The translations under genes were made by a program, and so were the position numbers. Below are positions 22,001 through 34,848 of a stretch of DNA of 64,000 nt, in pieces. The DNA lies in assembly GCF_035594765.1 (NCBI RefSeq), contig NW_026943821.1:22005791-22069790 (forward strand), written 5' to 3'. The notes beneath the pieces are model-generated. The model was not told where the DNA came from, made no database searches, and worked only from the letters and a program-made list of their open reading frames with translations. The stretch is from Anolis carolinensis. Lineage: Eukaryota. The stretch's first letter is position 1, and the number at the start of each line of letters is the position of its first letter.

Positions 22001-24439
22001 ATATACAAATACTAGCTTGGGGACCCAGCAGTGCCTGGGTCATTTGAGAAAGGCATTGTTTGCCTGTGTTCCAAGTTTAGTCTAGGTCCAGGGTCAGCGG
22101 AATTCAGTGGGCGCAGGTGAACTACAACTCCCATATGCAAGTCCCATTATCCATGGGCCATGCCACTACAAACAGCATCAGGATGTATAGTAGGTCACGG
22201 GGACTGTATGTGTCAAGTTTGATCTTGATATATGCTCAGATGCATATAATTGGATGTCTTTGTGCCATGTTCATCTTTGCCTTAAGAATTTTTAGGTGCT
22301 ACCAAAATGTTCAAATCTCAGGAATGTAGATAGTAGCTAGACAAGGATATACACTAAAAGCAACCATATCTTCTACCATCTTCAACTCATCTTGATGGAG
22401 CGGGAGGGAATAGCTGCTGTTATCTATTTCAAGTATTAACTTATGAATGGCTGACTTTAGCACGCACATAATCTACTCACTTTGAGATATATCTGGAAGG
22501 ACAAACGGGCCTGCCATGTAGTTTCTGGCTCATTTAAGTTGCTGCCTGTCATCACAATGTAGCTTTCATGGTAACAGAGCTAAGGAAGATGTGGATAGGT
22601 GAAACCTTTCGCCCTAAGGTGGCAATGCTAAGTGGCAAGGACTGGAGAAGCAGCTGCTTCAGCTATGCTTCTAACTTACTGACAGTATTGATCTCCAGTG
22701 CGCGGAAGATGAGGAAGCCGGACTGCTGCTTCCGCAGTTCATTCTTGAGGGTCCATGCAACATCATGCCCTTTGAAAAGCAGGTGAGAGGGCTGGTTCCA
22801 CACATAGAACACCATCTTTGTGCTGCAAGATACAAGAAGGTTGTGGGGTAAAAGCAGCATGAATAGAAGTATTACAAGTTAGGGGATGGGATGGAGATCT
22901 AGACATGCACAGAAATAGTTCAGAATACAAAACCGCCTGATGAGTACCGCCACTAACTTGCCCACTCCAACCCTTTCTTTCCCTTATATTCCCGAGTATT
23001 ATTTTTGTTGCTAGGAAGTCCAGCTACTTTTGAGAGGTCATATCTTGGAAGCAAAAAAATATGCAAAAATCAGGAGCTGTGTAGAAGCACATCTGCTTTT
23101 CCCACATGATTTATTCACATTGCAGACATTCAGATTTGTGCAAAGTACAAAATGTACAGCTCCGATTAATTATCAAAGAAAATATGAGGGAAACCTTCAT
23201 CTAGTCTTCTAACCAGCAGAGCAAAGCAGCAGCAAAAACCCCTTCCCGACTACCTGGCAAGGAAGAAACTGCGCTTTTATAAAACAGAGGGGGAGCAAGG
23301 AGAAAACGCAGTCCTCTTCCATTTACTTAATGCTTCCTTAACTGCAGCCAAATATTTATTGATCAGAAGCAGACGTCTTCCTCATCTGCTTAGAGGAAAA
23401 AGGGTAAATGACTTGTTTGAGAGAAGGATGGAGCAAGGAAGGGGGAAAGACAAGTGTTGGTAATGAAAGCCCAAAGTGCCTCTGTTTCTCAGCACGCGCT
23501 GTTAAAGGAGGCAGGCTTGCCAAGGTCAACAAAACACAGACATTTTACTGCTGCACTAGAAAGTGGCATCTTGAATAAGTCTAGCAGGTTACAAGGAAGC
23601 CCAGGATCCTGAAATAACCGTTTATGGCAGGCAGCCATTGTTCATCAAGATAATACATGTGAAGGAGTGAACTCCTAACTCCAATATTTGTTCAGTCAAC
23701 AGCTTTCTCCTGCTGCCATTTTTGAAGCATGCTTTGACCCTCCCCACAAGGTAATTGGTATTGCAAGATGATCTGCCTGCTCGTTCTTTATTCAAAAAGG
23801 TTTGGTTTGCAGGTTGACAGCCCAAGCAAAATTGACAACCACAGTCTGCATATAAGGCTGAGAGTCAGGGGATGATGGGCCACACAGGAGCATGGGTTGG
23901 ACCCAGGTCCTTCAAGCGGTAACAAGATCATACATCAGCAGGAAGGGTGCAGGCTCCCTGCCTCCTTTGCAAGGTTAAGTGCTGTTTACTCCAATCTTTG
24001 GCCTTCAAAAGGATATGCAGAAGTGGCTCAGACGTGAATGTGTTGCCTCTCTTCCTCCTCCCTTCAAAATGACTGGCAAGTCTATTTTACTTTTGTTTTT
24101 CCAGCAGATGTTTGTTTGCTGCTTTATTTTTCTGGAAGTTTCACATGCTTTAATCCCTTAAAACCCAATCAAATAAGTTATGGGAGGGGGAAAATAACCT
24201 AAAAGCCTCATTATAATTCTATTCTGAATTTTACTAGGTCCCTCTATGAAGTTTGACTGAATTGTATTGGTGGTTATTTGATATTATTACTGTTGTATTA
24301 ACTTTTGTTTTAACTTTTGTTTTATTACCTTATTGTGTTTTAACCTTTGTATATTGTGCTAATGTATTTGTGTTGTTACTTTTGTAACAATGTGAGCTGT
24401 CCCGAGTCCCCGCGGGGAGATGGTGGCGGGGTATAAATA

Positions 24440-24489
<50 letters not shown>

Positions 24490-27400
24490 GACACAAAGTA
24501 GAAATGCAGCTACTCTTGCAAGCTGACAAAACTATTTGCCCCTGAACACATTCAGGCTGAGGAATTGGTGTCTATGCCTGTGGGGTCATCACAAAATTTG
24601 TATCTGTATACACTCTGAAACCCTCATTATCGCTTAAGGAAGACTGCCCTTTTCCCAAGCATGCACCTAGCTGCAAAATATTCCAAGTTTTTGTATATAC
24701 TCTTTGTTCAGCCAATTTTATTGCTTTCCCATCTCTGTTCAAAAATAAATATTTTCAGCTGCATTCAGAGATAGCCATGTTATTCTGTTTTAGTATAAAA
24801 TGAGTCCAGTAGAACCTTTGAGACAAATAGTGAAAAAGAAACATCATGAACCACAACCTACTTCATTAATTTTACTTTGGTCGGCCATCTGCCCCTGATG
24901 AGGAGGACAGTAGTCCAAAAAGCCAAACACTGATAATTGTTTCCAGTGAGTCTCAAAGGTGCTACTGGATTCTTTTTTTGCCACTTTGTGGCTGCTTTTC
25001 CTTGAGAGTACAATTCCATTTACTGCCTTAGACTCTCCCAGTGGTCTCTCACCTCTGTTCAGTGTAAGGCTGAATCTTCTGGACGGTGATGTCCGAATCC
25101 AAGACCCCCAACAGGACGCCTATCTGACGGATGAACATGCCCTTCTGCCGCTCTGTCAGTTGGCTGACATTCACGTCCAGGATCATCTCCACAAGGTTAT
25201 TCTTCCTCGGATCTGCGGAAAAAGCAAAGCTGAAGTGTTCCTACCCATCCACCACATTCTCATGGTCAGAGTGATTTATTGCAGCTGTCTGCTAACCAGC
25301 CTGCGCCACAGCCCAGCCCCATATTGTATATTGTCCCACCTATACTAAGATTCAGTTTAATAAACTCCTAGAACACTCAAGACATTTAAGATACTACTAC
25401 AGCCATTGTCATGTATTATTATTTTGCAATATTTTCACAATGAACATGGTCAGATCTACATTGGTGTGAGGCTGCCGAACTTACCAGGCTTGACTTCCAC
25501 CGTGGCCCTCTCCATATCGAACTCCCCTTTGGCATCCATCACTTTGAGGTGGAACGTGTACTGCCCCTCTACCAGGTTGGAGAGGACAAGCACGGGGTGA
25601 TGGTCCGAATTGTTTAACACCTCCTATAGTTAACAGAAAAAGCACATGAGGGTAACTCACTCATCTTGGTTGGGCTCTAAAACTGTAAGACAACCCTCTC
25701 CCTGTTTTGGGTGTTCTTTTCTAATCTGGAGTTTTGAAGGAAGGACTGAGAATGTCATCATTACTTGTCCTATCAGAGCAATGGTATTTGTAGTACTTTT
25801 AGCACCTGAACTCTGAAAGAAACTTCCCATATTCTTCCATTCTTATTAGGAGAGATAAAAAAAACCCCATCCTGATCAGGGGCCATAAGTGCAGGCATCA
25901 GAAACCTGGGACTTTTCAAAGGGCATTGAATGAGAAAGGATCAGATTTAAAATGTAAAAAGGAGAACCTTTTAACAAAAAGACACATTTCTATTTGCTGC
26001 TATAGACTAAGCTGGTTTTCCTTCTGGAGCTGAGCTCCCATTACTGAATAACAGGTTTTAGAATGATATTCAAGGGTCTGAAATTGGGGTGGGGAGAATC
26101 AATGCACAAAGCCTTATTTCCCTGGCTAAATACAGCAGTTTGCAACATATCCCAAGCTTTGTTGTAATTTAAAAAGTCACTCACAGGATCTGCAGAAAAC
26201 ACAATCGCGACACTGGCCTCACTCACCCCGGCAGCAGGACTGCTCTCGTCCCGGGTCCATAGGTAGGTGACAATGCCCTTATCGTCTGTAGATCGGGACC
26301 CATCAAGCTCCGCGGTGTTAGTAGGCAGCGTAAGGACAACGTTGCCAGCAACCTTTGCCACGGGCGGCTTATTGATCTCTAAGCAAAACAGGGAGTTAGA
26401 AGTTGAAGGAACAGAAAGCAATAGAGTTGAAATAGTAAGAGAAAGTGTTGAGACTAGAAATGAGAAGGCCTGGGAAAAAAACAGGTTTTTCTTGGGTTTT
26501 TTCCAAAGCCATTTTTTCCCAGAAAAATTAAAAAATAAGCTGGGGGTCCCAGGAGTTTCAGAGACCATAAAAGCTAGGTTTGGGCTAGTGTTTTCTCCCT
26601 ACTTTGCTTTTCACTTCCTCATTGCTTTGCGGGTTTTTTCTGAGAGGTACGCATGTGCAAAAGGTGCCCGTTTTCCTTTTGCACATGCGCCCTCCCTCTC
26701 ATTGGCATCCAGCCGGGCCACTCTGGATGCTGAGGAGAGGGAGGCGCATGCACAAAAGGAAAAATGGCAGGCGCCGGAGAGGAAGAAGTACAGGAAGAAG
26801 GCTTGCAAATGGGAGAAAGGCCACCTAACTACTAATATAATGTGCAAATATTGAAATATAGTGCCCCTACTTCGCAGAATTTCACTTATTACGGGTGGTC
26901 CTGGAACCTAACCCCCGCGATAAGTGAGGGAACACTGTATATTCAACTGCTATTCTGCTGTCTATTGGTTGGAGGAAGGCAGCTAGCAAGAACATATTCT
27001 ACACATCTTTTTTTTCATTTTGTCCGGGTAAAATGGCTTTAGAAAAAAACCAGAAAAACTGGGTGTTTTTTCCCTAATTTTTCCACTTTTTTCAAGTCCT
27101 CCCTATCTCTAGTTGGGACATTAGCACAGTGCTAGGTACGAAACTCAGTTATGACCTCCAGGCAATATAGGACTGTCAGTAGGACAAAAACTTGGGTCTC
27201 TCATTCCTCTAGGAAAAATACCGTATTTCATTACATAATAGTCATCACACATAATAGTTGCAGAACCATTTGGGGCTGATTCTCCCTCCTTTCCTTCTTC
27301 TTTCTCTGAAGGTAAGACGGGTTAAAAACTATGAAATGGAGCTCCACCCTTCCTCCTTCCTCCAAGGTCTTAAGGCAGTTTAAAAAACCTGGAATAGAGG

Positions 27401-30400
27401 TATCTGGAACTTGGATCTTCCCTCTTCCTCCTTTCTCCAAAGTGCTTTATTTTAGATTTTGTAAACTGCCTTGCCTTCAAGGGGGAGAGAAGAGAAAAGA
27501 GAGCTTCAGAGACCTCAATTATAGTTTTTAACTCAGTTATAGTTTTTAAATTGCCTTGGGAGAAAGAAGGAAGGAAGGGAAAAAAATCAGTCCCAAATAG
27601 CTCTGAAGTATTTAAAAACCAAACAAACAGAAACTGAGTGGTTTGTTTAAGAATGAATCTCCTCCTTCTCCTCCTCCCATTTTTTTAAAAAAACCCAGAA
27701 ACCAGAGAACCAAAGACAGATTTTTTTCCCTTGCATAATAGTCGCACTCCCATTTTATGGAAAGAGTGTTCGACTATTATGTGATGAAATACAGGTAGCT
27801 AATTCAGAACTGTATTTTTAATCAAGTGGTTATATTAGGGCAAAGTCATGACCCACCTACGGGCAATTGCTGCTTACCCTGGCACACTTCATAAGCTGAA
27901 GCGTAATAACAAAAGCAGGGAAAATTTGTAAACCCAAAAGTGCTGCAGCAGCCATGAAGAAAATAAACAATCTGTTCCCTTATTTCTGTTTTAAAAATTC
28001 TTTTCTATGCTACTTCATTTGGCAAGCAGCTTTAGGCTTATTTTATGCGTCGCAAGCATCTGAACATAGGAAAACAGAATCTTAAGAGGAAAATGAACAG
28101 CAGAAGTATTTGAACAAGCTGGTTTTTGAATCTGACTTCCTCAGGGAGAGACCAAAACAAATGCGAAGATCTGGTTGTTTGGAAACAGAGAGAGGCACAG
28201 CTTAGTTATTGCTAGAATCCACAACTGAGAAAAGGAAGCAAGAATAAGGATGTTAACATTATCTGTTTATCACACACACACATATATATCCTAATCTCAC
28301 AGTGTGGTTATTGGGATAGTGCCATCCATTGAGCTTTGAGGTCAAGTGGAAATTTGAACTGAACTCTACCAAGTTACTCTCTTTTCACCAAAAAGAGACC
28401 GTACTAAGAGAAAGACTCTCCTGGCTTAACTAAGGACCACCAAAATGCTTCTGTTCTCTCCAGCTACTCACCTTCCCTGACAATGACGTTTACGGAGCTC
28501 TGGCTCTGCAAGTTCCGTTCATCTTTGACAGTCAGCGTGAATTCATACGTCCCGACCTCCAGCCCCGTGACTGTGGCAACATTGCTGTTGGCATTCTCCA
28601 GTTTCACACCATCTGGGCCACTGAAACAAGCCCCAAGCCCCAATAAAGATGAGGCAGCATATAACAGGAACTCACATGCAAATTAAAAAGCCAGTGTTTT
28701 TTTCCCGGACACCTCAGCAAGATGCAGTTTAAGCTAATGGATCATGTTGTATCTGGCAGAGCTGGGATATAATGTTCTTCTAAAGGATCTCTGTGCCATA
28801 GTAGGAATGATGTCAAGAGCTTTGTTCCATTCATTTGCATGGAATACATCTACACTAAAGTGGAACTGGAGGAAAATATTGTGATAAGGCATTTTCTGCA
28901 CAAAAGACCATGCTGTGAAGAACTCCATCCCTCTTAAAGAGAATTGGTCTGATTAGTCATGAGAATACGAACACTCTAGACCACAGGTGTTCCACTTGTG
29001 GCCCTCCAGATGTCTGGGCCTCCAAGTCCCAGGAGGACCACAAATTTGAGACCACTGGTCTAGACAGCAAGGGCCCACTGAGCTGGATCCTGCACAGCAT
29101 TTATGTATAATGTTGCTTCTTCAGATTGTGCATGCTAGATACCTATGCTGTTAGGACAAGGTCTTGGAACTGTATTCGAAGCACAACTAACCTGGAGACT
29201 AAGACTCAATTGAGCAGTGGGCTCAAATGACAGGAAAAGATATTCCACCTGAACATAAGATAAAGAACTTCCTGATCGTAAGAGAATTTCAACAGTGGAA
29301 CTCTCTGCCTTGGAGTCTGGTGGAGCCCTCTTCTTTAGAGGCTTTTAAGCAAAGATTGGAAGGCCATCTGTCAGGGCTGCTTTGATTGTGATTTTCCTCA
29401 ATGGCTGAATGGGGTTGGACAAGATAGCCCCTGTGGTCTCTTCCAACTCTAGGATTCTATACTTCTACTTGAAAGACACATACCGTGTTTTTTCCCAAAG
29501 GAAGGAGACAATCTTCTGGTCATCTGAGCTCTTGCTGCCATCTAATGTGGTGCTGTCTACAGGGAGGGTCAATTCCTTGTCTGGGCCAGCATCTGCCTTG
29601 GGAGGCTTATTGTTTTCTGAAGAAGACAAAATGGGGAAGGAGTGAGAGAAGAGGAAGACAGTCTGGAATCTGGCTGGGAGGTTTCAGAAGTTAAAACACT
29701 TCTAAGCTGTTTTACACAAAACTTGGGGGTCTGATATGCAAAAAATCTGAAAGCATACCCGGTTGCACGATCACCGTGACCTCGGCAGTGGACTGATGGC
29801 CAGCGGAATCTGTCACAGTCAGCTGGTAAGTGTAGTCACCTTCACGCATTGCGGAGAGCTGTAGGGTTGAAGTCCTCACGCCCTGAGAAACAACAAAGCC
29901 CAGGAACGTAAGGCCCCGCGTGGAAAGAAGGATAAAGGGGCACTGTGCATCAATATGTTATGAATCAGCTACAGGTTGGGTGGGTATCCCAGCCTAAGGG
30001 GGGATAATCATTCAATCAGATCCTAGAAAGGATGAACAAATTTCATCGCCTGCGTCTCCTCTTCCGCAGAAGGGGAGGTGTGTGTGTTGCTTGTCTCTCA
30101 TCAGAACACTGACCTCCTTTGCTTCAGAAAGGATACCACATCACACATGCTTCTGATAATGTCCTGGCAGCCATCCATGACTGCGAGCGTCCATTAGGCC
30201 ACAGATGCCCAGAATTAATCAGTGGGCTCTGCCTCAAGTAAATGCTGTTTAATTTTCCAGGTTCTCAATGTTTTTAAAGGAGAGGTGGACAAGGTGCAGC
30301 CAATACGACTGTTTTGTGACACCCAGAGGCCAAGACATTTTCTTGCTTCAAAATGCCCACTGGACACTAAATACTGGAAGCATTTTAAAGTATTGCATGA

Positions 30401-33400
30401 TGTCAAAGTCAACACATTCTTAGGAGAGAAGATGAACACAAAATGTAGAAAGCAGAGAAGGGCTAGAAGGCTACAATGGATGATCCATATTTCTTAATAA
30501 ATGACCCAAAGAAATGTGCACTAGGACCACTGGATATGACAACAGGAGCAAACTGCTAGACTAATAATGTTCAATCACATGCCACACATTAGTACGTGGA
30601 AGTCTGTCAGGATGCCTGAAGGGCTCACCTGCATCTCGACCACCTTCCCTTTGCTGTTGGGGCTGAGGGACCACTCGTAGCTGACAATGCCGTGGTCGTC
30701 GGTGCTCTGGTTCCCATAGAGGGTGGTGGAGTTTTGGGGCAGGGTGATCACTTGGTTGGGGCCCGCATTGGCCACGGGGGGATAATCCACCTCTTTGTTC
30801 ACGGTGAGGCTAGCAGTGGTTGAGTTGCTGGCCCCATCAGAGTCCACCACCGTGAGGCTGGAGAGAGAAAGAAAGGGAGAATTTAGCCACCTTGAAAAGA
30901 AGGCATCCAGGAGATACAACGATGGGGCCTCACTCACCCTGCAGACAATGAACTGGGAAGACAAAGTTATGGGTCAAATTCAATATACAGTGAAATGAAC
31001 TGAGGTAAACCAAGGTAAATACTTGGAAATCCAAAAAAGGTGATGCACAAACATCAAAAAAGTAATGCCGCTTTAAACAAATACAGAATATGCTTACAAA
31101 GCACTATTCTGAAACACTCAGATAAAGAACAAGAAAAGAAAGATGTCAGTGCCAAACACAAGCATAGATTCAAACTCAGTCCATGATTTCTCCCCACGTC
31201 TCACTAAACAACTCATTCATCAATAGGTTCAACCTGCTTTTGATGACATTAATTTTGTATGACTAAAGTTTTCAAAGAGTCAGTAGTTTCTGATGTTTCT
31301 GCATATCCTCTTTTCGTGCTTTTAGGTAAACCTCTTTTTCATGTTCCAAGATGTCTGAGTTTATTCTCTCCTTTTACAATGTGCTCCTAAATAAACAAAG
31401 CCAGGCCTCAATAAGTTATGAGTGCATTCGTAACAAGGGACCGCTTGTTCTGAAAGAAGTCACGCAGACCAAGCTTTATACGATTTCTCTGATCCGGCTG
31501 GGTTCACAGAACAGAACAGAACCACCACCTCACCCAGTGCTGTGCTTAATGTCCAAACAGATAGACACCATCTTTAATGTGTAGCAACACATTTCTAGGA
31601 TTCACCTTTAATAGTGCCTAACACTCACCCAGTAATGAATAGACTGAATTCTTCTTTTAAAACAATTTATTCTAATAGACATCACAGCATCCTATGGTTG
31701 CAAGCTCCATGAGTCAAGCTGCTCCTTTTGAATGCAGCCCCCAAAAAGTGACCCTTGGGAGTTCCCTAAGGTAGCAGTGTATCTCAACTGAGAGCATGAC
31801 ACGCATTTCCATTGAGTAGCTCCACTTACAGATGGTGATACCTGACATGTCCTTGGGCAAAAGAAGACTGGGAATTGAATGGCTAGATGGCAACTGTGTT
31901 GTAACTTTTAACCTTCTCAAAAATCAGACCTTTTTTTTTCTTTTTCTTTTTTCACACAGAAGGATCCTGGTTCGACATCCATGAAGCTTCAAGCCTTTGC
32001 TATTTTGCAGTTGTATTTTTCTACCCTGCCGTTCCTCCAACAAGCTCCAGGTGGCACGCATGGCTTCCCTCATCTCTGCTTTACCTTCCCAACAACCCTA
32101 TGAGAAGTCAGAGCTGAGAATTTCTGGCGAATTTCATGCTTCAATGCGAAGCTGAGCCTCGTTTCTCAAGTCCTAGCCCACTCTTCTAAGCACTAGCCCA
32201 CACACTCTGTAATAGAACCTCCTCCACCCCCGTTCATGTTGTGCATTAATAACATGCAGAGCACCCCACTGCATGGAATTATATATACTCTCTGTGCTGA
32301 CAAGTCTCTTGTGAGGTTGTGGAAAATGTTAGTAACCGTTTGTTAAGCTTCACTCCTACAAAGCTAGCAAAGCTGGAGTACTGACACAAGTTTGTGGTCT
32401 GTCCAATTTATATGACCTGCTTGCAATTGTAAACTGTTTGAAATTACCGTTCACTGCCAAAACAAGAACCACCTTTTAAAAGGCTCTCAAAAAAAGCGTT
32501 AAAGAAGTGTTTTAATAAACAACTGAAAAGCCTTATTAGGCATCAGGAAAAGGAGCAGGGTGAGGAAATTATGTGCATGACCAAGGGCCCATGCTAATGT
32601 CAAGTAAAGAAATCTCTGTAGTCAAGGCCCTGCAAAGAGATGGTTGACTGTACAGTGATTCTACATTGCATCTTTATAGGAATTGGCCTGTAATAGGAGC
32701 CAGGCAAGTGGTTAATTATTTAAAGTGACTGGCAAAACAAGTCAGGAAACAGCTCCTCAGAGAAGGAGAGAACAAACAAAGAACGACACTGTGTTTCTCC
32801 CTCCACAGAAGGACAACACAATACTAGGATGCGCAACTGAACTACGGAATTTGAGTACAGAGTAGATCGAAAAAGAGGCTTTGCTGTTCTAAGCACCCTC
32901 CAATCAGTAATATGTTTCCTTTTTTCAAATGCTTTGAATATTTCTATTACAAAGCAAATGGCATCTGCCCTCAGAATAACCCTTATTCTGTAACTGTTAA
33001 AAAGAAACCAGCCATGATAAATCCATGGAAAATTGAATTATTACCAGATAACGCTTCTCGAGCAACCCTGAACCATTTAGAAAAGAAACCCATCTAAAGA
33101 TATCCCCGCCAAATGTTTTCGTTTTCAGTTTAGGGATTTAGAATAATCAATTTGTTCCTGGACCTTTTATTCCTATCCAGTAATCCATTTAAGATATTCA
33201 GTTTAATAGGTAAGCTATGCCAAATCCCATTTTTTAAAAGCCACATGGCTGAACAGGGCAGTTAGAGAGAAATACCGAGATTTAATCCAATGATACATTT
33301 GGTTCAATGTTCTTTTCACTTCACTTAATCAACTTGGGAAATGACAATTATTATTACTGGATTTGCATTCTATTGCTGCTGTATTTTGATCTTCATACCA

Positions 33401-34796
33401 TGTGTTTTGTTGTATGTATTGTTTAGTAGTGTGTTTTGATATATGCATTTTGTTGTATTTTATGTTGTCATGTTGTACTGACCCTCGCGATACATAATGT
33501 GTAATTATTATGATTATACTATGTAACAAAATTTGAAAAAAAAACCCTGTTCCTGGTTTGAAAGTGTTGTTCCCTGTTTAATTGTGCGGTACTTACTTTG
33601 AAAGTAGTTGTTCTACTCCATAAACTTCATTTTTGTGGCTGCCACAAACTATGTCAAATTGGTTGAGACTCTATGAGATATTTATTGAAAAACAAGAGCA
33701 AAATGTGCTTTTTCCATGTGTTTATGACAGAACCAATTAGGAAATGACATTTATAACCCAGGAACAAAAATTGTGTTAACACAGTATTATTATTTCTATA
33801 CTGCTTTAGCTCTCTTGAAAAGAGAAACAAGGTGGCTTATGGATACAAGGGCATCCAGGATCAGTGGAGAAACAAAACATGGTTAATAGATAATGAAGAG
33901 TTTACTAGGTTTATTTTGTGACTTGCCAGCCCTTATGTTACTTGCTCATTGAAGCAGGCCATAAAGAAAAAAAGATAAAGCCAATAAAAAAGGAATGCAA
34001 AGGATGAACTGGGTTTCTGAGATGCCAAGGTTTGATTTCACACATTGCTTTGTGTCACCGACATTAAAATGATTTTATGATTTTAGAAAATTTAAGCCAG
34101 AAATATGACCTTTGGCTGCTTGTCTTACCTGAAAGTGTAATTTCCTGGCACCAGGTTAGTCAGTTTCAGAATAGGAGTGTCCGCAGAGACCTTCTCCTCC
34201 CGAAGCGGGCCCTTCAGTTCTTCCCAATGGTAGCTGACGATTTTGTCATCATCGGTACTTTCTGATTGAATAAAATCCAACAGTTAATGTCTGTTTTTCA
34301 AAACAGAAGTGGATTTCTAGCCACTTTTTGGGATTGTCCTGTTTTTGGCAGATGGTGTATCCTCCAGAACAACCACAGTTTCCAATTCACATAACTCATT
34401 TGTCAATGAAGTCTTGCATGGAGTCTGAACAAGCCCAACAACTGATCAACAAAAGGACACATAAGCCATGCTACTTAACAGACAACTGTTTTATGTACCG
34501 TATATACTCGAGTATAAGCCGACCCGAATATAAGCCGAGGCACCTAATTTTACCACAAAAAACTGGGAAAACATTGACTCCAGTATAAGCCGAGGGTGGT
34601 AAATTTCAGAAATAAAAATAGATACCAATAAAATTACATTAATTGAGGCATCAGTAGGTTAAATGTTTTTGAATATTTACATAAAGCTCAAATTTAAGAT
34701 AAGACTGTCCAACTCTGATCAAATCATTATTCTCATCTTCTTCAATGTAAATGTGCTTATGTATCCTTTTAATAGTAACAGAGTAAAATAATACAT

Positions 34797-34848
<52 letters not shown>

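Noticed and set aside
26267-26854. 195-aa plus-strand ORF
   Set aside because: Antisense to a KIAA0319L exon plus a probable DNA-transposon remnant (~26453-27112)
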